A stretch of 32,917 nucleotides of DNA from Octopus bimaculoides (lineage: Eukaryota): contig NC_068994.1 of NCBI RefSeq assembly GCF_001194135.2, positions 59,272,520-59,305,436 on the forward strand, in the 5' to 3' direction. Positions within the stretch are counted from its first letter, which is position 1. Each line of letters starts with the position of its first letter. A program made the translations under genes and the position numbers. Positions 10,850 through 22,480 of this stretch are shown piece after piece. The notes beneath the pieces are model-generated. The model saw nothing but the letters and a program-made list of their open reading frames with translations. It had not been told where the DNA came from and did no database searches.

Positions 10850-11080
10850 TCATGAGAAAAGCACCAGTTGTCCACTGTTAGGGTCATTGTAAGAGTCAAT
10901 CTATTACAAAGACAGTTTGTAGAGACAGCCCACTCTATGGAGTGGTTGGTGTTAGAAAGGGCATCCAGCTATAAAAACCCTGCCAAAACACACTCAGAAG
11001 TATGGTGCAGGCTGCTGTCAAACCGTCCAACCCATGCCAGCATGGAAAATGGACATTAAATGACCATGATGATGATGATG
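10850..11080 (+). mobile_element. RTE-type 3' tail / SINE fragment
   Basis: GGAGTGGTTGGTGTTAGAAAGGGCATCCAGCT...AACCGTCCAACCCATGCCAGCATGGAAAATGGACATTAAATGACCATGATGATG matches 7410-7565. Confidence 0.65.
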
Positions 11081-12000
11081 AGTTTGTTCCTTAACTTATT
11101 GATGGTATCTTATGGTATGTTGTCTATTGGCTTTGTCAAGTAAATTATTCTTGGTTGCTATGGAAATAGAGACATATCACAAAGTCAAAAAGCTGTGTAG
11201 TCTTTGTGGCCAAAAACAACAATCGCATTGTTTTTGTTGTTGTTGCTGTCAATACAAGCTGAACTAATCTATAATCACAGGAGAGTGTGGTTATCCCTTT
11301 TTTGTTTAAGGGGTAATACAACTAGGTCTACATTAACCAATATCTTGCTCTTTTGAGACAGCAGCATTTGAATTTAGGAAGAATTGGTTCCTTCTTTATA
11401 TAAGAACCATTTGTTATATTCCACCAACAGATCTAATAATGGCTTCTAATTTAAGCACTTTATGTTACTGACCTCAAAAGGATGAAAAAGCAAAGCTGAC
11501 TTTGGCAGAATTTGAACTCAGAATCTGTAGAGGTAGTATAAATATTGTCCAGTCCACCTCTTTTGTATTTGTTTCCCTGAAGGCAGAAAATGGTTTCTGT
11601 TCTTTGGTTAAGTTTTTGTTGTTCTTGCAACAGGCCATTCTCTGATGTTCCAACCGTTCTTCCGATTCGTGACTAATTTGAAATAAAATTTATCATGACA
11701 AAGTCATTTATTTTACTAAATTCTATTAAATTCTTGATTATATTCAAAGTCAAATGAAAATAATGAACAATGTATTTCATAAGAAATATTGTTGTGAAAT
11801 GGTTAAAGTCTGAAGGTTTTTGTCAGTAAACACCATAGTTTAGTAATATGAACATCAAACTAAATACTGTCCAACAAAAATTTGTGGGTTACGTATAAAG
11901 TTGTGGTCCTTAACAATGAATAGATTACTGATGGTAAGGCTACTGTCATATATTTTATCTTCTACAAAGGATTGTCCTCCAAAAATATGCTGATTTCCCA

Positions 12001-12205
12001 TTTTAGACACAAGGCCAGTAATTTCAGAGGCAGGGGAGGGGGAATGAAGTCGATTACATCTACCCCAGTGTTTGATTGGGACTTACTTTATCAACCCCCA
12101 AAAGGATGAAAGGCAAGGTTGACCTCGGGGGGATTTGAACTCAGGACATAATGATGGATGAAAGGTTTCCCCAGCATGCTAAACAACACTGCCAGCTCGC
12201 AGCCC
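12001..12205 (-). mobile_element. SINE family A copy
   Basis: CACAAGGCCAGTAATTT...AAAAGGATGAAAGGCAAGGTTGACCTCGGGGGGATTTGAACTCAG...CTGCCAGCTCGC. Confidence 0.75.
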
Positions 12206-12429
12206 TTCCAAAATATATTGGTGGATGAAATATGTCTTAGATCCTCTCCTGTGAAGATGGCACTGATGAAATTATTAATAGCATATATTTTATCCTCTCC
12301 TTTGTATCTTTGAGTCCATCAGACTTGTGAAAATGTTGCATTCTTATTTTAGGAGGAAGATACATCGTCTCAAGGGAGGAGGTGTTCTCCGGTGGCAAAA
12401 AAAACAAAACAACAGGAATCAGTATTCAC

Positions 12430-12960
12430 ATTGGAATCTACCAAAACATTGAGAATGAATCTATATATTTTGATTTGGGTTCTTGCTGTTTTGTAGGCAT
12501 CTTGTGAATGGTTGAATTTGAAAAACTTTTGAAAAAGGTTTAGATTCTTGTGTCTAGGAGCGGCACCATCCCAGATGTGTGAAGAATGTTCTTGCTTTTG
12601 TGATTTGTGAGAGTTGGTTATTGTTCAAAGCTGAAATGTTTTATGGTCTTCGAGGGAGTTTTGGTAATGCTTGCTGAAGACACACTTTTAATGTTGATTC
12701 CTGCATATTAGATATTGGAAACAATCTTCATAGACTCTTCTTTACCAATTCCTCATCACAATCAATCTCAGAGATATTGGCTCTAATAGTCCATGGAGTC
12801 AGTTTGGTGGAGTTTTTTTTAAGGTTTTTCTCAATGACGGGACTGTGCTAAGGACATTTTCAGGTGAAATCAATAAAGTTTGATGTCCTTCTTCAACAAT
12901 TTCAAATTGATTACAGCAAGAAAAATATGAGCAAGGAGAGAATTCTAGAAAAGTGACTTT
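12430..12960 (-). mobile_element. possible decayed I/Jockey-type LINE ORF1 remnant
   Basis: Fragmentary - strand peptides (VEEGHQTLL...VPVIEK, ANISEIDCDEELV, FQKFFKFNHSQDAYK) loosely resemble ORF1 with an eroded CCHC knuckle. Very degenerate. Confidence 0.2.
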
Positions 12961-13120
12961 CTTGTTAATGAAGAACTGAGAAAAATGGCTGCAGATGTAA
13001 ACAAACCAACACTAGCTGTCAAATGTCAGGGGTACAAACAGAGACCTACACACTCACAGACATATATATATAAATGCTTACTGTAAACAAAATAAGAGTT
13101 CGTGGCATTTCATTACATAA

Positions 13121-13345
13121 TAAGTTAAAAAAACACAATAAATGTACAAACAAATGGAAGACAGAGAGAGAAGGTCACCAAATTCTCATCAGTTATCGGT
13201 CAGAGGGTCAAACACAATTTTTTGTCTTCAAATCGTTGAAGGCGTGAAATTGAGTTTGACCCTCTGACCGATAACTGATGAGAATTTGGTGACCTTCTCT
13301 CTCTGTCTTCCATTTGTCTGTGCATTTATTATGTTTTTTAACTTA
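13121..13345. repeat. long inverted repeat (arms 13121-13213 and 13254-13345, 40-nt loop)
   Basis: The inner about 64 bp of the arms are perfect reverse complements. The outer part has three substitutions and one indel. Confidence 0.95.
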
Positions 13346-13698
13346 CACACACACACACATATACTTATTCATATATATAAATTTGTGCATCCAACCTAAC
13401 TTGGATGTGTTGTTAAGAACACAACACTGTAGACTTCGGTAATCATCCTGAGAAATCATCTCATTTTGGTTTTAAGGGCTAAAAAATTGCACAGATTATA
13501 TTGGTTGATGTCATTTCATCAGTGGATGGAACAGTTGTGTTCTCTCATTTAGTGTAACTCTGTCCACCTGCTTTTTGCAACATCACTGACCGTTTAGTCA
13601 GAGATAAAAACTACATCAGCTTTGACGGATTTTTGATTTGGCATTTGATGCTTGGGTGCCTGTTGTTGATGCAGAATTTATGGCAAAAAGTACTGTCA

Positions 13699-13938
13699 GC
13701 TTGTTGTGTGGAATGGAAAATCCAATATTTCAAACAAAGTCCTTCTTCAGGGAAAAGTTAACAAGAGGAAAATTAATAAAGCTTCCGCAATCCTGTATTC
13801 CTTAAAAGCCTGTTTTTTTGTTTTTAACTTCTGGGATGCAAAACTCTGCTGTCTCTCATTTACTCCTCTCCTTTCAACTTTTCCCTGAACAAGGATTGTG
13901 TCTGAAATGTTGGATTTTTTGTCACTCCTCACAACAAG
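13699..13938. repeat. imperfect inverted repeat (arms about 13699-13777 and 13857-13938)
   Basis: CTTGTTGTGTGGAATGGAAAATCCAATATTTCAAACAAAGTCCTTCTTCAGGGAAAAGTT aligns to the reverse complement CTTGTTGTGAGGAGTGACAAAAAATCCAACATTTCAGACACAATCCTTGTTCAGGGAAAAGTT. Confidence 0.85.
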
Positions 13939-14374
13939 TTCACTCTACTCTTAATTGATTCTACTAAATGATAGTCTTGCAAATGCCAGTCTACACAGAC
14001 AGGAGCAAGTCCTAAGTAGCTTGAGGATGATTAAAAAAGAAGATGCAAACCAAACCGTAAGCAAAGCTCTGTGATGTAGGAGTAGATGTTCAACCTATAG
14101 AGTACAGCATCCTTAAGCACTACCATTATTTAGAAGACTACTGACAATACAATGGAGAACACTACAAACCCAAAGTCCACAGAGATGTGATTGGTTACAG
14201 AAAGCAAACAATAAAAACAGCACCACTAGAAACTATTGTTATCATTATTATTATTATTATTCAGTAGTCTTAGTTTTATCACATGCTTTCACTGCACTAC
14301 TGAGCATAGCTCTGAGTGCCTTGGATATGTGTTGTGGTTTGTGATGCTCGTATTCTTACTGTATTGAAAATTTA

Positions 14375-14519
14375 TAAATGCTTACTGTAGACAAAATAAG
14401 AGTACGTGGCATTTCATTACATAATAAGTTAAAAAAACATAATAAATGCACAGACAAACGGAAAACAGACACAGAAGGATACCAAATTCTCATCAGTTAT
14501 CAGTCAGAGGGTCAAACAC
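14375..14519 (+). repeat. dispersed repeat, direct copy of 13071-13215
   Basis: TAAATGCTTACTGTAGACAAAATAAGAGTACGTGGCATTTCATTACATAATAAGTT...GGGTCAAACAC aligns along its length with 13071-13215. Confidence 0.9.
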
Positions 14520-14520
14520 C

Positions 14521-14878
14521 ATTATTACCTCCACCTTAGCAAAGGCAGAGGTATTGTTTTCAATCGTGTTTGTTTGTTGTTTGTCCGTGGACAAGATATC
14601 TCAAGAACTGCTGGATGGATTCAGATGAAACTTTCAGGGATGTTTGGCCTCATGACTTTTGGGATCAATCAGGTACCTGAGAAGGATTCTGGATTATTTT
14701 TCCATTTTTTTTTTTACTTAACTTTTGAGAGTGGTCAGGTTCATTTTTAGTATTGTTGTTTGTGAGAGAAGTCAAGTTTATTTCGGATATTCTCATTTTA
14801 AAAATCATCTCTGGCTAATTGTTGAGAGGACATTAGTGTTGCCTTGGCGGAGGTTTGTGCTCTCTGAGTGCTCTTGTT
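14521..14878 (+). mobile_element. DINE-1/HINE-like non-autonomous Helentron element, near complete
   Basis: 5' hairpin ACCTCCACCTT-AGC-AAAGGCAGAGGT (14527-14552), short (GTTT)n after it, 3' subterminal repeat CCTTGGCGGAGGT (14842-14854), small 3' hairpin GTGCTC-TCT-GAGTGC, T-rich flanks. This is the DINE-1 architecture; the family assignment is inference. Confidence 0.6.
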
Positions 14879-14879
14879 A

Positions 14880-14883
<4 letters not shown>

Positions 14884-14928
<45 letters not shown>

Positions 14929-15080
14929 TGAGTGAGAGAGCAGTGCATGCCATCAAATTGACACTGGGGTAAAATATATGAAGCCCAGTATACCCGTCTG
15001 ATAAGGGTACACCAGGTACATAATTCACAACCATATGTGCATGACATGGTGATCTCATATCAAGATAAACAGTGCATGGA
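14884..15080 (-). mobile_element. non-autonomous retroposon 3' end with (AAT)n tail
   Basis: 14992-15079 is the reverse complement of about 16459-16546. The (ATT)n tract at 14884-14926 reads as an AAT tail on the - strand. Confidence 0.5.
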
Positions 15081-15098
15081 ATTTGAACTCAGAACACA

Positions 15099-15186
<88 letters not shown>
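15099..15186. repeat. (TAA)n microsatellite
   Basis: Perfect run; source of the poly-Ile/poly-Tyr pseudo-ORFs. Confidence 0.95.
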
Positions 15187-15189
<3 letters not shown>

Positions 15190-16378
15190 CGCCAACAGAT
15201 AACGTGCCCAGTGAGAACAGAAAATGAAAGGCAGCAGTGAAGACGTTGAGCAAAGTGTAAATTTAAATGTATTCTCAGCAAATGAAGCAGAAGTCATAGG
15301 AAGAGCTGTATCACAAGAATACGATGATGACCAACAAAACACAGTGAGGATGCTGTGCCAATAAATTAGAGAAAACCAGGATCAAACATCCGCCAACCTG
15401 AGGTGCACTGATTGATGCAAGCTCAAGGTTGAAACTGAAAAGATAGATTCAAGAAATATAAGTGAAGCTTACAAGATTGTTTGGGCTGTAGCTATGGTAG
15501 CTGCAGATAGAGTTGGATACAAAGGAAAAGAACAAGCGGAATGTAAAGAACCATACTGGCGTAGACGAATTTGTGAGAAACAAAGTTAAAAAGACATTTA
15601 GGACAAGTTGATAGTTGGAGAAGAGGGGAATTGCAGAAGGAAAGCATAAGAATAATGCTGGAAAGAACATAAAGAACAAGAGATAAAGATTATGATGTGA
15701 TATTGGAAGAATTGAAATAAAGTGTAGAAACAATCAAAGCAAAACTGGAAAGATATGACAATAGAAAAAGACAGTTCAGGCAAAACAGTTTGTTTGAAGC
15801 AAATCAGAAGAAACTGTTTCAGGAACTAGATGGGCAAATACACATAACAATGATACCAGATGCAGAGGAAAGCAAGGCATTCTGGAGAGGGATTGGGACC
15901 AAATTGTAGAACATAATGATGAAGCGGAGTGGCTGCATGAAATCCAAGATAGGTTAAGAAATATAGAAGTCCAAGAAGACAAAGATAACAGCAGAAATGA
16001 TAAAAAAGCAGTTAAAAAAATTCCCAAATTAGAAGAGCCTAGAGCTGGATGGGGTCCAAGGTTATTGGCTGAAGAAGCTGAAAGGACTGTATGAAAGGAT
16101 AGCACAAGAGTTAGATGAGTGTTTAGTAGGAAGGCACAGTACCCAGCTGGATGACAAAGGGAAAAACATTGTTATGTGCCAAGGATCTGGAAAAGGGAAA
16201 TGTTGCATCCAACTTTAGAACAGTAACATGCCTTCTGCTAATATGGGAACTAATTTTGGATGCTTTGGCCAGGGGAGCTGTACAGATACTTGGAAAAAAG
16301 TGGGCTGCTCCCCATTGAACAGAATGGATGCCGGAAAAGGAGCAGGGGAATGAAGGATTAGCTCTTAATTGATAAACA
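15190..16378 (+). mobile_element. R4/Dong-type LINE fragment (pre-RT region and RT start), pseudogenised
   Basis: EPYWRRRI; AFWRGI...EHNDEAEWL..IQ; LYRYLEKSGLLPIEQNGCRKRSRGMKD*LLIDK. Homologous to 6300-7050. Confidence 0.8.
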
Positions 16379-16555
16379 AACCTTATTCAAGGACCTTTTG
16401 AATGGGATGGGCTATTTGACCTCAAGAAAATTCTAACTGGGCCCCTACCTGCAAGGTCATGCACTGTTTATCTTGGTATGCGATCACTATGTCATGCACA
16501 GATGGTTGTGATACATGTGCCTGGTGTACCCTTATCAGACGGTTATTCATGATGG
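16378..16555 (+). mobile_element. retroposon fragment, same family as 14884-15080
   Basis: GAAAATTCTAACTGGGCCCCTACCTGCAAGGTCATGCACTGTTTATCTTG...GTGTACCCTTATCAGACGG. Confidence 0.55.
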
Positions 16556-17347
16556 ATCCTTTCAAAGTGTCCAGCCCGTCCCTGAATGAAAGAGGGACAT
16601 TAAAGGGTTTCCTGCAGACAGGATAAAGGTAAATTAAAAACAATAGCAAACAAGGGACTGGGTAGGTTCATTTTGATAGAAAAGGGTGAAATCAACATCA
16701 ATGAAGAACAATCAATATTAAGAATAAGGCAAAACAACGACAATATAACAACAAGTTAAGCTCCCTAAAATATGTGGCAATCACAGAGGATGCTTTAGGG
16801 TAGTCCACAAATAACCCCCATATAACCCTGTCACACCAAAGATATGCAGCTTCTCCCAGCTACATACCTGCCAATCTACAACCACAAACCATATTTGATG
16901 GAATAAAAGTCACACCAGTTTGTTAGACTCACACCCCAATTTAGGTTTTGCATTTGCAGGAAACAAGTAAGGCCTTTATCTATTAAAGAATGTAGCATAA
17001 GCTGAACTTTGCATATAGGACCCAGGGTGATTTTCTTGAACATTTGGGTGGGGAGGGAAAAAAATGTGCCTCCAAAGGCATCAAATACAGTTTTTGATTT
17101 ATGTCCTTACCACTTTCTTCACCATCACCACCAGGCAAAAGAAGACCACGGGCTCTTCCTTATTAAAGACAAGTGATGAGTCAATCTTCAAGATGAACTC
17201 AATTCCGGTACATAACTGGTACATTATTTTATTGATTTCACAATCAACTTCAACAGAATTTGAAATCTGAATGTGAAGGACATAACTTATAAATACCCCA
17301 ATAGTAATTGGTTTGCTATCCTGTCAATTCTACTCAATGAAAGGGAT

Positions 17348-17406
17348 GACCGAAGCCTTGTGAGTGGATTTGTTAAATGGAAACTGAAAGAAGCCCATCG
17401 TATACA

Positions 17407-17441
<35 letters not shown>

Positions 17442-17617
17442 GAATGTGTCTTTGCTTGGCCCCCACTGTCATTTGACAATTGATGGTGGTGTGTTTACAT
17501 CCCCAGAACTTAGCTGTTCAGCAAAAGAGACAGATAGAATAAGTACCATTACTTTAAAAAAGTCAATTCATTCAAGTAAAATTCAATGCAGTGCCCCAGC
17601 ATGGCCTCCATGTAATG
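17348..17617 (+). mobile_element. SINE family B, 3' two-thirds with internal (TATG)n
   Basis: AAGCCTTGTGAGTGGATTTG..AAACTGAAAGAAGCCC..(TATG)n..GGTGTGTTTACATCCCC..GCAAAAGAGACAGATAGAATAAGTACC..GTGCCCCAGCATGGCC. Confidence 0.75.
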
Positions 17618-17952
17618 ATATAGATAATTAGATGGACAGACTGACGGACGGACAGATAGACAGCAAAGAGCATATCTCCTAATGTTAAAGAGCTGTCCTC
17701 ATAATAACAAAAACAAACGAAGCTATTAAATCATTAATAAACACTAATTAGGTGGAGAGATGATTGAATGAAAACAATTTGAATAAATGAATGATGGAGA
17801 AAAGAAGACAGCAGATAATTGAATTTAGAATAATTAAAGCAACAAATGTCAAAAGGTCAAACGACAACAATACACGAGTCTAAAGGTAAACCACAATATA
17901 TTTGCATGTATGTGTATGCATATTTATATGTATATGTGTGTGTGTGTGTGTG

Positions 17953-18052
17953 NNNNNNNNNNNNNNNNNNNNNNNNNNNNNNNNNNNNNNNNNNNNNNNN
18001 NNNNNNNNNNNNNNNNNNNNNNNNNNNNNNNNNNNNNNNNNNNNNNNNNNNN
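17953..18052. other. assembly gap (100 N) flanked by microsatellites
   Basis: Run of N. Confidence 1.
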
Positions 18053-18644
18053 TATATATATATATATATTTATATACCTTATAAATAGATATATATATAT
18101 CTATTTATATATCTTTATATATATATATATATCTACATCTATTTATATATCTCTCTCCGTCAGTCTGCCTCTCCCCCCTTCTCTCTCTCTTTCTCTCTCT
18201 CTCTATACACACACACACACACACACACAGACACATACATACCTACATACACACATACATATTGTCTAGCTTAGCTATTTGTCTCTCCCTTCTTCCGTCT
18301 TCCTCTCTTTCTTTCTCTCACTCTATCTATCTATCTCTATTCATCTATCTATCTCTGTCTATATATAAATATAAAATTATCTACCTACCTATATGTATAT
18401 ATACATACATTCATACTTCCGTGCATGCATGCATGCATTCATACATACATACATACATACATACATACACACATGAACTCTAATGCTGTAGACAATCGAT
18501 GCAGATTCCATGATTTCTTGCTGAAGAACCTGCTCGGATGATTCGTTTCTAAATGACGAAATGTTTGTCAGCCGTTCTTTGCTGACTCCTTGTATCATGT
18601 TCCTTGCTTTGAATGTGTTTACACTAATTAAATTTTGATTGCAC

Positions 18645-19050
18645 TAACTCATCTGAAAGTATCGTTGCCAGTAAGAACTGGTTGGAGAAAGTTCTGTGAG
18701 CTGCTACCATTGCTGACATCAAAGGTCTTTTCCCCTAAGATTGAAGGGCTGATTGTAAGATGCTTGTGTTAGAACTGCAATGTTGCATGGTCGAAAGATG
18801 TGGAACTTGAATATGGAGGACTTGAGAAAACTGGAAAGAAATGTGGCCAGCACGACCCTTTGGATGCACAATGTGTGTGTGGGGGGTGAAAGAATTTGTA
18901 CAAAGATGCTGAGTGAAAAACTGGGCATTAGAGGAATCAGATGTTGTATCCAAGAAAGAAGACTGAGATGGAATGGGCCATTTGGTGAATGGCCCATGTG
19001 ATGAACAGGGCCAGCAAAAGTGGAAGACCCAGGAAGATATGGGATGACGG
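18645..19050 (+). mobile_element. RTE-clade LINE, C-terminal coding fragment
   Basis: VRTGWRKFCELLPLLTSK...DACVRTAMLHG..W.L..EDLRKLERN...WMHNV...EKLGIRGIRCCIQERRLRW...GRPRKIW, the typical post-RT region of RTE elements. Confidence 0.85.
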
Positions 19051-19059
19051 ATGAGATGA

Positions 19060-19430
19060 CCAGGATCTCTGGCAATATAAGGTTCTCCCCCTCTTCAGCA
19101 AGACTGAGCTCTGGAAGTGCTATACTTTGGGTCCCCCATGAGTCAGTGACTTCTTCCTCTCATGCACTCTGCCCTCTTGTCCTCTCTCATCATTTTCTAT
19201 GTCTTGCAGCTCTTTCTGATCATTTTCTCTCCCTTTTCTCTATTGTCTTTGAGTGACCCTAACAGATCCCTCTGCAGGAAACTGCTCTACCCTAACACTC
19301 TTCTAGTAATTCCTTCGTCTCCTAACATGATGCTGAGCTACCCCAGGGATTCTCATCCCGTGAACTGCATAGTAACCTCAATAGTGCAGGGGGAACGCCA
19401 AACAGATAATGGAGCTCAATGCAGTCCTTG
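19060..19430 (-). mobile_element. possible second RTE-like C-terminal fragment
   Basis: - strand LG*LSIMLGDEGITRRVLG...IRKSCK..MREDK loosely fits WLGH..RMDE.RI.RRVL.W. Degenerate. Confidence 0.25.
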
Positions 19431-19974
19431 GACACATCGGATCCTGTCAAACCATCTAGCGCAAACCAACATGAAATGATGATGACAATAACGACGATGA
19501 TAATAGTTATACAAACTTTACTATTATCTCATTAACTTCTATTTGAAGCTAACCTAGTTTCATATTTACCCCATGTCCTAATGGAGAAGTTCCATCCTAA
19601 CCCCGATACAGTGGAAGCCACTTATTGTAATCACTTTGAGATGAATCCTTTCTCAATGATAATAATCTGCTGATAACATTAAGCAAGTCATGGCTTCAGG
19701 CCCACTAATTTTGATAACAATAGCTTGTTGGTAATGTTAACCGATATTATAATTAGCAACGACCCCTGCACAAACTGAGAACTGTAAACTGTCTGTCGTT
19801 TGTTGTTTATCTACAGTGCAACAGTGCTGATTGGTGTCAATGACATTAAGTTTAATCTCTGAGAAAAGTCCCGAACTTTGCACATTGCAAAAGCAAAAAC
19901 TAAAACGTTGACACTTTACATTCAACTACAGCAGCTCCTCATAAACCATCGTCTGACTGATAGATAAAATATTG

Positions 19975-20180
19975 GTCTCCAATTTTTTGGCACAAGGCCA
20001 GCAATTTCAGGAAGTGGAGGGATATATTGATTAGATCACCCCAGTGTTCAACTGATATTTATTTTGTCAACCCTGAAAGGCAAAATTGTCCTTAGAGGAA
20101 TTTGAACTCAGAACTTAAAGACAGGTGAAATGGCACTAAGAATCTAGCTCACTCTGCTAACGATGCAGTCAGCTCACCAC
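19975..20180 (-). mobile_element. SINE family A copy, CpG-depleted
   Basis: GGCACAAGGCCAGCAATTTC...GGAATTTGAACTCAGAACTTAAAGACAGGTGAAATG...CAGCTCACCACC. Confidence 0.75.
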
Positions 20181-21081
20181 CTTTAATAAATAATAGGATA
20201 TTAATGTCAAGATAGAGTTTTACAATATCTACCAATGTTGTAGATGTTTCTAAAGAATCTACAAGCAAACAAGTGGACAAGGAAAACTTCATAAATATTC
20301 CTCTAATGCCAGACAAGGAAGACGGAACCAGGAAGAAATTTGCCAAAGATTTCAGAGTTTACATGGAGTGAATGATAATGTTTTAAACACCTTCATCCTG
20401 AATTCAATTTAATCAGTGAAATGGGCAAAATGATGTGGAATCCTCTTTCAATCACTGTGGAACAATCCAACTGTGACTCCCCAGCTGGTTTTGCAACAAA
20501 TTTGTGTTGTATTGTTCATGCCTTTCCAAATCAAACTCACAAAAAGGTTTGAACTTAGCACTACCAGCCATTAAAACACTCAGCAATTATATAATGATCC
20601 CATTAGTGTCAATAGTGAACTGCACTCTTCACACTATCTTTTCCCATTAAGATTAAATAGGTTATACTGAGTTAAGTGCTTTGGCCTTCATTCAGTAAAG
20701 TTTTGGTGAAAGCAAATGTACTATTGACGCTTCTACTGATAAAATGACTTTTTATTCATCTAACCCTTTGTGTCACTCCTACACTATTTTTAGATGTACT
20801 TTTATTAATTATGTACTCTAATAAGCAGTATGCTTTTGTACTCTAAATAGAGTGTACTTGTTTATACAATGTACAGATACAATGGCCTCAACAGCTCTAG
20901 TCTTGGATGGTAACCACTTATCAATAAGACCGCCAAGGTACCATTTAAAGATGAGAAAAAGAAATATTCACCTGATCAGGTGCTGACCCCAGTAAAATGT
21001 AATTAGGATTCACAACAGAGTCCCAAAGCCATATATCTGTGACATTATTACTGCCATACATCTTTACATCCGAAAATTGTC

Positions 21082-21219
21082 TTAACCCTTTCGTGACCAA
21101 CCCAGCTGAAACTGGCTCAGCTGAATGATAAAGTTATTTTACTGAATTCTTTGTTATATTTAAAGTAATTGAAAGAAATACGGAGCATCTCAACAGAAAT
21201 ACGGTAACGAAAGGTGTAA
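21082..21219. mobile_element. piggyBac-type MITE
   Basis: TTAA-CCCTTTCGTGACC on the left and GGTAACGAAAGGTG-TAA on the right (degenerate TIR and TTAA target site). Confidence 0.55.
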
Positions 21220-22449
21220 GGAAGCAGGGACATATTGGATAACCTCATCACCAGCATCATCATCATTTAATGTCCACTTTCCCTGCTGGCATGGGTTGGA
21301 TAGTCAGCCTCTTACTCTTAAAACTTTCTAATACAGACACAAGGGGGGAAGGGTAGAGAAACAAAAGTCTCAAACCGCCTCAGAAAAATACCTTAGACTG
21401 CCTGGCATTTGATGTCCTTTAAACACCCTCTTTGACCATCATTATCAAAATTTGTTTTACATGAGGATGCTTTTTTCTGTCACTAGACCTTAATTTTTTT
21501 TCAAGTAAAGGATCCCTTATTGCATGTATTTCAAGACACAAAGCCAGCAGATAATTGATTGACAGGGAAAGTGCTAACAAACAACACTGCTCATAGCAAA
21601 CAGCTTTAAGGATCATAATTGTAGACAAGCACACAACCAAACACATGCACACACACTTGTGCTTACAGACACACACAAATACATACACATGAACATACAT
21701 TCATACGTGTGTGTGTGTTAAAGTGTACAACGTTATAGATCCATTAGTCAATCTTACCAATCAGTTTCACACTGGGTATTTAAACCTGATGTTAGATAAC
21801 TGCACAGTTAAGTAGTACCATGTGTTCTTCAGAGATGACGGATATGGAAAAACATACTGTTCTGTTATTAGAGATGAAAAATCTTGCATCTGGTGTATGT
21901 GGGTGTTGTGAAAATTAATGAAACAAAATGGTGGGAGGTGAACTGAGCAAGGATTTTTACCAAGATTTGTGTCCCCTGAGACGCTGTGAGGTGGCAAGAG
22001 TTTTCCGAAGATGTGTGGAGGGCTTAGGAGTTGGTATTTCTATAGGGCTGGAGTGTGTGTTGGGCTTTTGTGGAGGTGCTGGACTGGTGTCGGAATCTTT
22101 AAGCCGATGTTTGGATGCATATGTGTATGTGTTGGTTAAACTTTGCTGGGTTCTCAGAATATGATGGTGGGAAGGCCAAGGGTGGAGAACCTACAGATTA
22201 TATTCAGGATAGTTACAAAACTGTAAAATATTTCATTGAAGAATCAACTTGTCCAAAGAAGAATTGGAAATCTAAAATCGTTTAATGAAGAATTCCATCT
22301 TGATAATGATACCAAAAACAAATCTGAATATGAAGTGAATTGTAGAAACCTTATGGAAGACATAAATTTAGAAGTTTGAAGACAAAGTTAGACAAATATA
22401 GAAAAGGATGCTGTTATATTTTTCTATATTTAAAAGATCCCATTGTCGT

Positions 22450-22480
<31 letters not shown>

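Noticed and set aside
15037-15342. Poly-Ile/poly-Tyr/poly-Asn ORFs
   Set aside because: They are direct translations of (TAA)n and (ATT)n.
17111-17158. - strand GRARGLLLPGGDGEES resembling a class I glutamine amidotransferase GLLLPGG motif
   Set aside because: It is only 16 residues, preceded by in-frame stops, and no other amidotransferase motifs occur in the window.
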